DNA from: Ilumatobacteraceae bacterium
GTDB lineage: Bacteria > Actinomycetota > Acidimicrobiia > Acidimicrobiales > Ilumatobacteraceae
Length of the DNA stretch: 64,000 nucleotides
Reading direction: 5' to 3'
Assembly: GCA_009691255.1 (NCBI GenBank)
Contig: SHUT01000001.1
Location: 865 to 64,864 of the forward strand
In this document: piece by piece, positions 1 through 9,649 of the stretch
Position numbering within the stretch: position 1 is the first letter of the stretch
How the letters are laid out: each line of letters opens with the position of its first letter
The notes under the pieces: generated by a model
What the model was told of the DNA's origin: nothing
Databases searched by the model: none
What the model saw: the letters and a program-made list of their open reading frames with translations, nothing else
Translations under genes and position numbers: made by a program

Positions 1-8
1 CAGCTTTT

Positions 9-1754
9 TTGATGGCGATTCTGTTATCGGCCTTGATTGCACTGGCGCCACCGTTATTGTTTCGCGGAATCTTGGATCATGCAATTCCCGACCAAAATCG
101 TGGCCTGATCACAACTCTTGCCTGCGTACTGGTTTTAGCCGCGCTTATTGATGCGCTGCTCGCAATCGTGCAGCGGTGGTATAGCTCCACGATCGGAGAA
201 GGTCTGATTTATGACTTGCGGGTTGCGTTGTTTGACAAAGTACAAAGAATGCCGATTGCTTTTTTTACACGCACTCAAACGGGTGCCTTGATAAGTCGAC
301 TCAACAATGATGTAATTGGTGCTCAGACAGCGGTGACATCGACTTTGGGCAGCGTGGTGTCAAATGTTGTTGTTCTGATTACCACCTTGGGAGCAATGTT
401 GGCGCTTGAGTGGCGCTTGACATTGCTGTCTCTTGTTGTCCTTCCCTTGTTTATCCTGCCTGCAAAGCGAGTTGGACTAAAACTCGGCGTGATTGCGCGC
501 CGACAAATGGAACTCAATGCCGAGATGAATACTCAGATGAGCGAACGCTTCAATGTCTCGGGGGCAATGTTGGTCAAGTTATTCGGACGCAAAGAGCGTG
601 AAGTTGCAAACTTCAGCGCAAGAGCGGCGGGCGTTCGAGACACCGGAATACGTAGTGCTATCTATGGTCGCGTATTTTTTGTTGCGCTTGGTCTTGTTGG
701 CGCACTCGGGGCTGCAGCGATTTATGGAGTTGGCGCTCATCAGGTTGTTTCGGGCGACATCAGCGCCGGAACGCTCGTGGCGATGGCGGCTTTTGTGCAA
801 CGTATTTATCAACCACTGACTGGCCTCACGAATGCCCGTATCGAAGTAATCACTGCGTTCGTTAGTTTTGACCGAGTCTTTGAAGTACTTGATGCGCCAG
901 TGTCTATCTTTGACAAGCCAGGTGCATACGATCTCGTCGAACCTCGGGGTGAAATTGTTTTCGACAACGTCACGTTTCGGTATCCGCCCGGTGCGTCGGT
1001 GTCTATTGCGTCACTTGAAGCGGCTGGGGTTATGCAGGGCTCAGACCCCGATGTTGATGTCTTGCAAAACGTTTCGTTCACGGTGCTGGCGGGCAAGACG
1101 GTGGCGCTAGTTGGCGCAAGTGGCTCCGGAAAAACAACAACTGCCATGTTGACTGCACGTTTGTATGACGTCACGTCTGGTGCTGTGCGTGTAGATGGTC
1201 ATGATGTCCGCGACCTGACGGGGGATTCACTGCATGACGCCATCGGTGTGGTGTCACAAGATCCACATCTGTTTCATGAGTCAATTGAATCGAATCTGCG
1301 ATACGCACAGCCAAATGCGACTGATGCAGAATTAGTGATTGCGTGTCAGGCGGCGCGAATTCATGACACCATCGCGTTACTACCAGACGGATACAACACT
1401 GTCGTGGGTGAGCGCGGTTATCGCTTGTCGGGTGGAGAAAAACAACGACTGGCCATTGCTCGTTTGCTTTTGCGAAACCCAGCGGTGATGATTCTGGACG
1501 AAGCGACAAGCCATCTTGACAATGAAAACGAGGCATTAGTGCAAGAGGCACTTGAGTCTGCGTTGTTTGATAGAACTGCACTCGTGATCGCACATCGCTT
1601 ATCGACGATTCGAGATGCGGATCTGATCGTTGTACTCGATCAAGGATGTGTTGTCGAACAAGGGACGCACGCAGAATTAATTGACAAAGATGGCTTCTAT
1701 GCATCGCAGGTGCGAGCAGGTGGCAGTTTTGGCTTGGTGAGCGATGTCCTCTGA
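9..1754 (+). CDS. ABC transporter fused permease/ATP-binding protein (MsbA-like exporter), probably 5'-truncated by the window
   Basis: TM domain followed by Walker A GASGSGKTT, signature LSGGEKQR, Walker B ILDEATS and H-loop IAHRLST. Confidence 0.93.
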   Translation: MMAILLSALIALAPPLLFRGILDHAIPDQNRGLITTLACVLVLAALIDALLAIVQRWYSSTIGEGLIYDLRVALFDKVQRMPIAFFTRTQTGALISRLNNDVIGAQTAVTSTLGSVVSNVVVLITTLGAMLALEWRLTLLSLVVLPLFILPAKRVGLKLGVIARRQMELNAEMNTQMSERFNVSGAMLVKLFGRKEREVANFSARAAGVRDTGIRSAIYGRVFFVALGLVGALGAAAIYGVGAHQVVSGDISAGTLVAMAAFVQRIYQPLTGLTNARIEVITAFVSFDRVFEVLDAPVSIFDKPGAYDLVEPRGEIVFDNVTFRYPPGASVSIASLEAAGVMQGSDPDVDVLQNVSFTVLAGKTVALVGASGSGKTTTAMLTARLYDVTSGAVRVDGHDVRDLTGDSLHDAIGVVSQDPHLFHESIESNLRYAQPNATDAELVIACQAARIHDTIALLPDGYNTVVGERGYRLSGGEKQRLAIARLLLRNPAVMILDEATSHLDNENEALVQEALESALFDRTALVIAHRLSTIRDADLIVVLDQGCVVEQGTHAELIDKDGFYASQVRAGGSFGLVSDVL

Positions 1755-2925
1755 GATGCCTGACGGGCGTCCTGTTTTTACGGTCTCGGCGTTTGGCAAT
1801 ATCATCAAAGGTCTTGTAAGTGAAGCGTTTCTTGGCGGCGTATGGCTAGAAGGGGAAATCCAGGGTGCAAAGCCAGCTAAACCTCATATGTATTTTTCGC
1901 TTGCCGAAAAAGTTGACGATGTCGATGTAAAAATTGATATTGCAATTTTTGCGGGTGCATTACGTGGTGTGAATGCAAAATTACGTGAACAAGGACTAGA
2001 ACTCAAAAATGGCATGAAAGTTCGAGTGTTCGGAGTTCTCGATTTCTATGCGCCACGCGGAAGCTTGACATTTAAGGTCTCTGATATTGATACGCGGTTT
2101 GCATTAGGTGAACTTGCGTTGCAGCGTGAGGCGTTGTTGCGCAAGTTGATTGAAAATGGCATGACAGAGTTAAACAAGGCTCTTGAGGTTCCAATCGTGC
2201 CGCTGCGACTTGGAGTTATTAGTAGTGAGACAGCTGCAGGTTGGGCGGATGCGCGAAAACACTTAGAAGAGTCTGGATTTGGTTTCCATATCTCGTTTGT
2301 CGACTGTCGCGTACAGGGTGATCAGGCAGTGCCGATGGTGGTTCGAGCACTCGAATTACTCGGAGCACGTTCAGACATTGATGTGATTTTGCTGATGCGT
2401 GGTGGTGGAAGCAAAGGTGACTTGGCTGCTTTTGATGACGAAGCGATTGCTCTGGCGATTGCTCGCTGTCCGTTGCCTGTTTTCACCGGAATCGGTCATG
2501 AAGTTGATCGCAGTATCGCCGATGAAGTTGCACACACGGCCTGCAAGACACCAACTGCATGTGCAGACGAAATCATCGGCTATGTTGCTGAGTTTTTAGA
2601 AGCAATAAGCGATGCGGCACACGATCTGCAGCGCCAAACTCAACAGGTGCTTGAGCGTTCGCGGACGCGACTCACCGTGACGCGTGATCGCTTGCGACGA
2701 GTGCCGGTATTACAGTTAGAGCGTCACGCCCAGCGTCTTGACAACATCACCGAGAGAGTGCGACTGCTCGATCCAGCGAATACTATGGCAAAAGGCTGGA
2801 GCATTACACGAGCAGCCAACGGAGACATTGTTCGTGATGCGGCATCACTTTTGGTGGGCGAAGAAATAACTACTGCGTTTGCATCAGGTTCTGCCACTAG
2901 CACTATCAAGGAGACACACACATGA
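1744..2925 (+). CDS. xseA: Exodeoxyribonuclease VII large subunit
   Basis: OB-fold N-terminus (VWLEGEI...HMYFSL), RGGGS..DL..FD and GIGHEVD motifs; followed by xseB. Confidence 0.95.
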   Translation: MSSEMPDGRPVFTVSAFGNIIKGLVSEAFLGGVWLEGEIQGAKPAKPHMYFSLAEKVDDVDVKIDIAIFAGALRGVNAKLREQGLELKNGMKVRVFGVLDFYAPRGSLTFKVSDIDTRFALGELALQREALLRKLIENGMTELNKALEVPIVPLRLGVISSETAAGWADARKHLEESGFGFHISFVDCRVQGDQAVPMVVRALELLGARSDIDVILLMRGGGSKGDLAAFDDEAIALAIARCPLPVFTGIGHEVDRSIADEVAHTACKTPTACADEIIGYVAEFLEAISDAAHDLQRQTQQVLERSRTRLTVTRDRLRRVPVLQLERHAQRLDNITERVRLLDPANTMAKGWSITRAANGDIVRDAASLLVGEEITTAFASGSATSTIKETHT

Positions 2926-3149
2926 CACCACCATCTAAGTCCACATCTGACGAACCCAAAGGATACGCCGAAGCCCTCGCAGAACTTGAGAAAATACTTT
3001 CGGTTCTTGACGGCAACTCTGTTGATGTAGACGCCCTTGCCACACAGGTGCAACGCGCATCGTTTTTAATTACTTGGTGTCGTGGGCGCATTGACGCTGC
3101 TCAACTACAAGTGGACAAGGTTGTTGCCGGCCTCGGCGACGACGAATAG
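2922..3149 (+). CDS. xseB: Exodeoxyribonuclease VII small subunit
   Basis: 75 aa, YAEALAELEKIL..L....VDVD pattern; ATGA overlap with xseA. Confidence 0.92.
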   Translation: MTPPSKSTSDEPKGYAEALAELEKILSVLDGNSVDVDALATQVQRASFLITWCRGRIDAAQLQVDKVVAGLGDDE

Positions 3150-3177
3150 ATTCGAACCGACTGACGATTTATACCTA

Positions 3178-4233
3178 ATGACGGCCCAACCAGCATCTCT
3201 TGGCGAAATTGCTAGGCGAGTAGAACTATTACTGACCTCTACTCTTGATCAAGAAATTGATAGATGGAGACAACTTGATCCAGAGTTGGCTACACCCATT
3301 ACCGAGATTCGTCGACTTGTTTTGGTTGGCGGCAAGAGACTGAGACCTGCATTTTGTTATTGGGGATACGTCGGTTTGGGTGGCGTTGATCAAGACAAGG
3401 TTGTCCAGATTGGTGCAGCAATTGAGTTATTGCACGCAATGGCATTGTTTCATGACGACATCATGGATGGTGCCGCAACTCGGCGCGGCGACACAACGAC
3501 GCATCTACGATTTGAAGAGCAGCATGCACGAGCCAAGTGGGCTGGTGAAGCACGTCGATTTGGTGAAGGTGCAGCGATATTGATCGGCGATATGGCTTTT
3601 GTATTGTCAGATCGATTAGTGAGTGATGTATCAACGCCTGTTCGTAATATGTGGGACGACATGCGAATGGAACTCAATGTTGGGCAGTATCTCGACATGT
3701 TGGGCTCTGCTCGACGTGAACGCAGTCGTGAAGTCGCCGACCGTATCTGTCGATACAAGAGCGGTAAATACACGATCGAGCGACCGTTGCATATTGGCGC
3801 ATTACTCGCTGATTCAGACAACGCCGACGTAGTACTTCAACAGCTTTCTGCATATGGCTTACCGCTTGGTGATGCATTTCAGATGCGCGACGATGTTTTG
3901 GGTGCTTTTGGACATGAGTCAGTGACCGGAAAATCAGTAGGCGGAGATTTACGAGAGGGTAAGCCAACTCCACTATTGGCGCGCTCTACCCAGAGAGCAA
4001 CGACAGCACAACTCGGCATCTTGCACACAGTCGGTCAAGAAGACCTGACAGATGCTGATATCGCAGCGATTCAGCAAGTAATTATTGAGACTGGTGCTCT
4101 TGAGGAACTTGAAGATCTCATCGCTTCTTTGCGCGATGAAGCAATTGCTTCGCTGGCTCATACAACATTGAGCAACGAAGCAGTCGACGAATTAATCTTG
4201 CTCGCGCACTACGTGTCAGACAGAGACGTGTGA
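3178..4233 (+). CDS. idsA: Polyprenyl/geranylgeranyl diphosphate synthase
   Basis: GGKRLRP, HDDIMD (FARM), GQYLD, FQMRDD and DLREGK motifs; ATG at 3178 chosen as start. Confidence 0.88.
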   Translation: MTAQPASLGEIARRVELLLTSTLDQEIDRWRQLDPELATPITEIRRLVLVGGKRLRPAFCYWGYVGLGGVDQDKVVQIGAAIELLHAMALFHDDIMDGAATRRGDTTTHLRFEEQHARAKWAGEARRFGEGAAILIGDMAFVLSDRLVSDVSTPVRNMWDDMRMELNVGQYLDMLGSARRERSREVADRICRYKSGKYTIERPLHIGALLADSDNADVVLQQLSAYGLPLGDAFQMRDDVLGAFGHESVTGKSVGGDLREGKPTPLLARSTQRATTAQLGILHTVGQEDLTDADIAAIQQVIIETGALEELEDLIASLRDEAIASLAHTTLSNEAVDELILLAHYVSDRDV

Positions 4234-4246
4234 ATCACGAGATCTA

Positions 4247-4918
4247 TTATGGAGCGGCGTAGTTCTCTAGAGCTTCTTCAATACTGAGTCCGGTCACGAC
4301 GCCTGGTTCTTCGTTGATGGCATCAATCCATGGTGGACGCACAACACAACACACGGCAATTGGATCGATGCCGTTAGGGTCAGTCGCGCTTAGCCGAGCA
4401 AAAGTGCTGGCGTAGTTTGCTGGCCTTGCGTCGCGAGAAAGTTCAATTAACGCCCACGGGTCAGGGGTCTTGCCGCTGCGATCACCCGCCGTTGCAATTT
4501 CGGTGACGGCGCTGATGTGTGTTGCGCCACCAGCGAGTCCTGGTCCGTCCGTAAGGACTGCGCCGTGGACGAGTTCTGGTCTGGCACCAGCAGCCAACAG
4601 AGCAACATAGGCACCTAGACCACGCCCCAAAAGACATGCGCCTCCAAGATGACGCAATGCGATATCAACGTCTGCGAGCAATATCTCACATGAATATCCG
4701 CCACCCGCGGGAACACTTGATTGCCCGTGTCCTGTGAAGTCAAGTGCATAGATTGGTCCAGGCCAACGAGCGGCAACCTCTGGAACTGTGCTCGGAGAAT
4801 GCTCTCCCAGACCATGTAGCAATAACAATGGTGTGCCAGAACCGACACGTAATGTATGCAGTGCTAGCGAAATTTTGTTATGCGTAAGTTGTTGCATGGT
4901 GTGCGCAGTGGTGTTCAT
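4247..4918 (-). CDS. Alpha/beta hydrolase fold protein lacking the nucleophile Ser (probable pseudo-enzyme)
   Basis: LLHGLG and DFTGHGQS present, but the elbow reads GRGLG. Confidence 0.8.
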   Translation of the reverse strand: MNTTAHTMQQLTHNKISLALHTLRVGSGTPLLLLHGLGEHSPSTVPEVAARWPGPIYALDFTGHGQSSVPAGGGYSCEILLADVDIALRHLGGACLLGRGLGAYVALLAAGARPELVHGAVLTDGPGLAGGATHISAVTEIATAGDRSGKTPDPWALIELSRDARPANYASTFARLSATDPNGIDPIAVCCVVRPPWIDAINEEPGVVTGLSIEEALENYAAP

Positions 4919-5820
4919 GACAAAAACTCCAAAATCATCGTGCTGACTTCGTTTGGTTTTTCGATGTGCACGAAGTGTCCAACATCAGCGATTGCTTCGA
5001 GTCGTCCGTTGCGCGGAATCCACGGAACTAAATCTCGTGGTCGTGTACCCCATCCCATTGGTTCGTCAACTGTGCCGATGAGTCCAAGAAATGGCATGCC
5101 AAGCGCAATCATGCGCAAGAGGGTCCACTCTGGTCGCCATGGACCAAAACCACCAAAGCGCATTGTCGGGTCGAGTTTCCATCTCCATCCGTCATCATCT
5201 TGACGCGCGCCAATAGTGACAAGGTATTCGAGCCATTCGATAGGAAGCCGTGGATTCATTTTGCCGCGGCGAACTGCAAGTTCATGCAATGTGCCTGGTT
5301 TGCGATGCGTTGCCGCCGCTTCGTGACGAAAATCTAGCCAACCTGTGATTTCACCTGCCATCATTCGTGTTTGATCATGGTCTGGTGCGTCAGGCATGCG
5401 CCTTTTTGAGGGCATGCCATCAATATTGACCAACTTGGAGATGCGATACGGAGATGCGTCAGCGAGTTGCAACATAAGTGCTCCGCCCTTGGAGTGGGCA
5501 ACGACAGGTGCAGCCTGAGTGGTGATTGAACTCATCACAGTCAATGCGTCACGGATATCAGCGTCCCATCCGTAGAGGGCGGTGTGGTCGCTATCGCCAT
5601 GTCCACGATGATCCCAACTGATGACCCGATACCCCGCGGCCGCCATAATCGGCGCAAAGACGTCGTAGGTGCCCGCAAAGTCAGATCCACCATGAACCAA
5701 AAACAATGGAGGAGCAGATTCATTGCCCCACTCATAGGTGGCGATGCCAACTCCATCGGCGTCTGTGCGATAGGAGCGAGCAGGGCGTTGAGCGCCAGGG
5801 AAAGTAAGAAGGTTTATCAT
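4915..5820 (-). CDS. Alpha/beta hydrolase
   Basis: HGG, DHRGHGDS, AHSKGG nucleophile elbow, GHFVH; start placed at ATG 5820 (MINLLTF). Confidence 0.88.
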   Translation of the reverse strand: MINLLTFPGAQRPARSYRTDADGVGIATYEWGNESAPPLFLVHGGSDFAGTYDVFAPIMAAAGYRVISWDHRGHGDSDHTALYGWDADIRDALTVMSSITTQAAPVVAHSKGGALMLQLADASPYRISKLVNIDGMPSKRRMPDAPDHDQTRMMAGEITGWLDFRHEAAATHRKPGTLHELAVRRGKMNPRLPIEWLEYLVTIGARQDDDGWRWKLDPTMRFGGFGPWRPEWTLLRMIALGMPFLGLIGTVDEPMGWGTRPRDLVPWIPRNGRLEAIADVGHFVHIEKPNEVSTMILEFLS

Positions 5821-5869
5821 GGGCTGTATCACTCTACGCCGACCAAAATGTCTCGTAGTGTGGTTTGTG

Positions 5870-6226
5870 ATGTTCTTGCGCACGCGGCTCCATAAATATT
5901 TGCTGTGGGGCGCATTGGGTTTTGCTGTGTTGGCAATTGTTTCAAGTTTTTTTGACGGCGGCTCATCATCATCATCAACAACAACATCATCATCATCTGT
6001 ACGAACAGTCCCAGGATCAACCACGACGTATGTGCCACGCAAGTACACCGTGCTTCCAGGAGACTCGCTCTATTCCATCGCCGAAAGATTTAATCTCAGC
6101 GCTCCCGGCCTGGTGGCACTCAATCAAATAAAAAATCCTGATCGCGTGCCAGCCGGCACAGTCCTGAAGTTGCCCCCCAGTGCGGGTTTTGTCCCCATCG
6201 GTGCAACCACCACAATGCCCCCTTGA
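5870..6226 (+). CDS. Membrane-anchored LysM peptidoglycan-binding protein
   Basis: N-terminal TM, Ser/Thr linker, LysM YTVLPGDSLYSIAERFNL...LVALNQIKNPDRVPAGTVLKLP. Confidence 0.88.
   Translation: MFLRTRLHKYLLWGALGFAVLAIVSSFFDGGSSSSSTTTSSSSVRTVPGSTTTYVPRKYTVLPGDSLYSIAERFNLSAPGLVALNQIKNPDRVPAGTVLKLPPSAGFVPIGATTTMPP
5963..5998 (+). repeat. Trinucleotide microsatellite (TCA)5(ACA)3(TCA)3TCT encoding the Ser/Thr linker
   Basis: Read directly from the sequence. Confidence 0.85.
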
Positions 6227-6243
6227 TAGTTACACTTCAAGAT

Positions 6244-6939
6244 ATGAGTGCAAAGTTTTGGCCCACTGCCGAGCATTGGTCTGTCGAGATACCACTTCAG
6301 ACACCTCACCCAAGGCTGGCTTGGCTCGATGCGACCGGTTGCATTTCTTTGAGTACGTGCCCCTTTGAAGTACCAACTGCGGAGTGGGAAACACTCGAAT
6401 ATTTAGACTGGAAAAGTGGTGGTGACACCAACTTTGCACCGCTCGCATCTGCTGACGGACAACTCGACTGTCGTGGTTTTTGGGACAAAGGTAAAACAGA
6501 TAAAGACGCCCTGTTCACTACTAATGCAGATAAGGCACCAACACTAAAAAAATATGTCCAAGATATTGGCGCCAACTTTGGGCGAGTCAGGATTATTAAA
6601 TTAGAGCCACAAGATCATGACACTGCAATACGCAACCTGCATCGTGACGACAACAATCGTTTTAATCCAGAGAACGAGGGTTGGGTGGTTCGAACATGGC
6701 TAGAGCTCACGGATAGTCCTGACAGTTATATGTTGCTCATGGATAACGGAACAGATGGCCTACCCGACCCTGCTACTGAACAACGCATCCCATTACATAA
6801 AGGAGCACGTTTTGTGGTGGATACACAGCGTTTGTGGCATGTGGTGGTGCACAATTCAGATACTCCGAGATATGCACTGATAACAAGTCTTGAGAGTGGT
6901 CCGGCTCTCGATAGTTTTATCGCATCTAGTCACATCTGA
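6244..6939 (+). CDS. Hypothetical cupin / Fe(II)-2OG-like oxygenase (Asp/Asn beta-hydroxylase-like)
   Basis: GRVRIIKL...LHRD and WHVVVHN give an HxD...H triad; TACACT -10 lies 7 nt before ATG 6244. Confidence 0.6.
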   Translation: MSAKFWPTAEHWSVEIPLQTPHPRLAWLDATGCISLSTCPFEVPTAEWETLEYLDWKSGGDTNFAPLASADGQLDCRGFWDKGKTDKDALFTTNADKAPTLKKYVQDIGANFGRVRIIKLEPQDHDTAIRNLHRDDNNRFNPENEGWVVRTWLELTDSPDSYMLLMDNGTDGLPDPATEQRIPLHKGARFVVDTQRLWHVVVHNSDTPRYALITSLESGPALDSFIASSHI

Positions 6940-6953
6940 AAAGAGAAACTACG

Positions 6954-8921
6954 CTAGTTCTGTGAGCGTCGATGTGCTGCTGCAAGTTCTGCAACCTCAC
7001 GCATGATTCGAGCGATGTCAAAATCTTTTGGTGTATAGACAGCCGCAACACCCACTTCTTTCATGCGCGCACGATCGTCTTCGGGGATAATGCCACCGAT
7101 AATAAGTGGAGCATCAACTCCTGCTTGGTGCAGTAACCGAATCACGGTTGGTACTAAAGATAAATGCGAACCAGAGAGAATCGACAAACCGATGACGTCA
7201 GGGTCTTCATCACGAGCACTCGCAGCGATTTGTTCTGGCGTCATACGAATACCGCTATAGACAACTTCCATACCAGAATCACGAGCAGCGACAGCGATTT
7301 GTTCTGCGCCATTGGAATGTCCATCTAGTCCTGGCTTGGCAACCAAGAACTTTGGTGGTCCACCAGGAATCGTTTTAACGAATGCCGCAACATCAGCCAA
7401 CTCTGTCGTGCGTCTGCCTACCGCAGCGCCCACCCCAGTCGGAGCCCTGAACTCTCCAAACACTTCACGCAACGCCTCTGACCATTCGCCGGTTGTGCCA
7501 CCAACCTGAGCGAGCGCAATAGATGGCTCCATGATGTTGTCTCCGCTCTGGGCTGCAGCCGAGAGGGCAGATAGCGCTGTTTTCACTGCCACATTGTCAC
7601 GGTTGGCACGCCACGCCACAGCATCAGCGACAATCTCTTTTTCAACTTCTGGATCAACTTTTAAGATGTTGTCAGCACCACCGAGTGGAGATTTTTCAGT
7701 CTCAGTAAATGTATTTACTCCCACAACAACCTGTTCGCCACTCTCTATCGCGCGAGTACGCTCAGCCATTGAGCTGACAAGTCGGCCCTTTAGTTCGTCA
7801 ACAGCGTTGAATGCGCCGCCGAGCGATAAAACATCTTGGAGCTCTGTCCATGCAGCTTCGCATAATTCTGAGGTGCGGGCCTCAATGACATGTGATCCGT
7901 CAAAGATGTCTTCGTGCTCAAGAAGATCTGTTTCAAAAGCCAGTACTTGCTGCATGCGTAATGACCATTGCTGATCCCAAGGTCGTGGCAAGCCGAGAGC
8001 TTCGTTCCATGCGGGTAACTGCACACTTCGAGCACGCGCATTTTTTGACAATGTCACTGCCAGCATCTCAAGAACTATTCGTTGCACGTTGTTTTCGGGT
8101 TGCGATTCAGTGAGGCCCAGTGAGTTCACCTGAACGCCGTATCGAAAACGGCGTACCTTAGGGTCTTGCACGTTGTATCGTTCGCGGGCAATGCGGTCCC
8201 AGAGTTGGGTAAAAGCACGCATTTTGCAGACTTCATCAACAAAGCGAATTCCGGCGTTGACGAAAAATGAGATTGATCCAAAGACTTGGTCAAATTGGTC
8301 AGGGCTAACTTGTCCACTTGCGCGCACAGCATCAAGAACATCGATTGCAGTCGCAAGCGAGAAGGCAATCTCTTGCACGGGTGTAGCACCGGCTTCTTGC
8401 AAGTGATACGAACACACATTCATCGGGTTCCATTTGGGTGCGTTATTGGCGCACCACGCAACCATGTCAACGATGAGACGCTTCGATGGCGCTGGTGGAA
8501 AAATGTATGTGCCGCGAGACAGGTATTCCTTGACGATGTCATTTTGCGTAGTGCCACGTAGTTGTGGGGGTGTCACGCCTTGTTCTTGTGCGTTGGCAAT
8601 GTATAGAGCAAGCAACCATGCCGCGGTCGCATTGATGGTCATAGACGTATTCATTTGGGCAGGGGGAATACCGTCTAACAATGTGCGCATGTGTCCGAGA
8701 TGCACAACCGGAACTCCGACTTTGCCGACTTCCCCGCGAGCTAGTTCGTGATCAGGGTCGTATCCAGTTTGTGTCGGAAGATCAAAAGCAATCGACAGGC
8801 CGGTCTGCCCTTTGGCCAAGTTGGTGCGGTACAACTCATTTGAGGCGCGTGCCGTGGAGTGTCCGGAGTATGTCCGAATCAACCATGGGTCGTCACGGCT
8901 GCGCTTGTCAGTGGATGCCAC
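6954..8921 (-). CDS. meaA: B12-dependent acyl-CoA mutase MeaA / ethylmalonyl-CoA mutase
   Basis: PWLIRTYSGHS..ASNELYRTNLAKGQTGLS.AFDLPTQTGYD N-terminus typical of MeaA/Ecm; B12 motif KPGLDGHSNG, SILSGSH. Confidence 0.92.
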   Translation of the reverse strand: MASTDKRSRDDPWLIRTYSGHSTARASNELYRTNLAKGQTGLSIAFDLPTQTGYDPDHELARGEVGKVGVPVVHLGHMRTLLDGIPPAQMNTSMTINATAAWLLALYIANAQEQGVTPPQLRGTTQNDIVKEYLSRGTYIFPPAPSKRLIVDMVAWCANNAPKWNPMNVCSYHLQEAGATPVQEIAFSLATAIDVLDAVRASGQVSPDQFDQVFGSISFFVNAGIRFVDEVCKMRAFTQLWDRIARERYNVQDPKVRRFRYGVQVNSLGLTESQPENNVQRIVLEMLAVTLSKNARARSVQLPAWNEALGLPRPWDQQWSLRMQQVLAFETDLLEHEDIFDGSHVIEARTSELCEAAWTELQDVLSLGGAFNAVDELKGRLVSSMAERTRAIESGEQVVVGVNTFTETEKSPLGGADNILKVDPEVEKEIVADAVAWRANRDNVAVKTALSALSAAAQSGDNIMEPSIALAQVGGTTGEWSEALREVFGEFRAPTGVGAAVGRRTTELADVAAFVKTIPGGPPKFLVAKPGLDGHSNGAEQIAVAARDSGMEVVYSGIRMTPEQIAASARDEDPDVIGLSILSGSHLSLVPTVIRLLHQAGVDAPLIIGGIIPEDDRARMKEVGVAAVYTPKDFDIARIMREVAELAAAHRRSQN

Positions 8922-8940
8922 ACCGTAAGTATGGCAATGC

Positions 8941-9621
8941 TCAGGTAGTTTTCTCTATCCGTGACGGGGCAAGGGCTTGTTTGAGACGTTTGAGATAGTC
9001 GTCACGAGGGAGTTCAGAGGCTCCAAGGCTTTGGAGATGTTGGGTCCACCACTGCGTATCAAGAAGAGTCATCTCGGTCATTTGCATTGCGCCGACGAGA
9101 GCCATCAGCGCCACCTTGGAAGCATCTCGCCGTCGATGAAACATTGATTCACCAGCAAATAATCCGTCAACACGAATTCCGTATAGACCACCGACGAGTT
9201 GGTCGTCTTGCCACACTTCAACGCTGTGCGCCCAGCCCAAGTCATGCAGCCGACAGTACGCCTCAATGAACTCCTCTGTGATCCAGTTGCCCTCTTTGTG
9301 AGTAGTGGAGCATGCGATCATGACATCACGAAATGCCTGATTAAAAGTGGTGCGCATCTTGCGAGCACTCTGACGCATTGAGCGAGTAATTCGTAAGTCG
9401 TTGAGTTCAAGAATTCCGCGCTGCACTGGCGAAAGCCATCCCAAGACAGATTGTTTATCATCTAGGTACATCGGAAAGATGCCGTGCATATAGGCATCAA
9501 GGATGGTCACTGGGGCAAGATCACCACCAATGCAGATGACGTCGTCAGTCGGGTCCCACTCATGGGCATCTGGAAAGTTCCAATGATTCTCACCGAGATC
9601 TTGCCTAGGTGTTAGTTGCAT
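8941..9621 (-). CDS. aat: Leucyl/phenylalanyl-tRNA--protein transferase
   Basis: GGDL, AY..GIFP, WIT, HSVEVW...LVGGLYG, F.GESMF, DASKVAL. Confidence 0.95.
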   Translation of the reverse strand: MQLTPRQDLGENHWNFPDAHEWDPTDDVICIGGDLAPVTILDAYMHGIFPMYLDDKQSVLGWLSPVQRGILELNDLRITRSMRQSARKMRTTFNQAFRDVMIACSTTHKEGNWITEEFIEAYCRLHDLGWAHSVEVWQDDQLVGGLYGIRVDGLFAGESMFHRRRDASKVALMALVGAMQMTEMTLLDTQWWTQHLQSLGASELPRDDYLKRLKQALAPSRIEKTT

Positions 9622-9649
9622 ATGAGGAGTCTGGCGAGTGCGGGTCTGC

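Noticed and set aside
5821..6048. Poly-Asp N-terminal extension of the 377-aa hydrolase ORF
   Set aside because: It is the antisense reading of the LysM Ser/Thr microsatellite; the start at 5820 is more plausible
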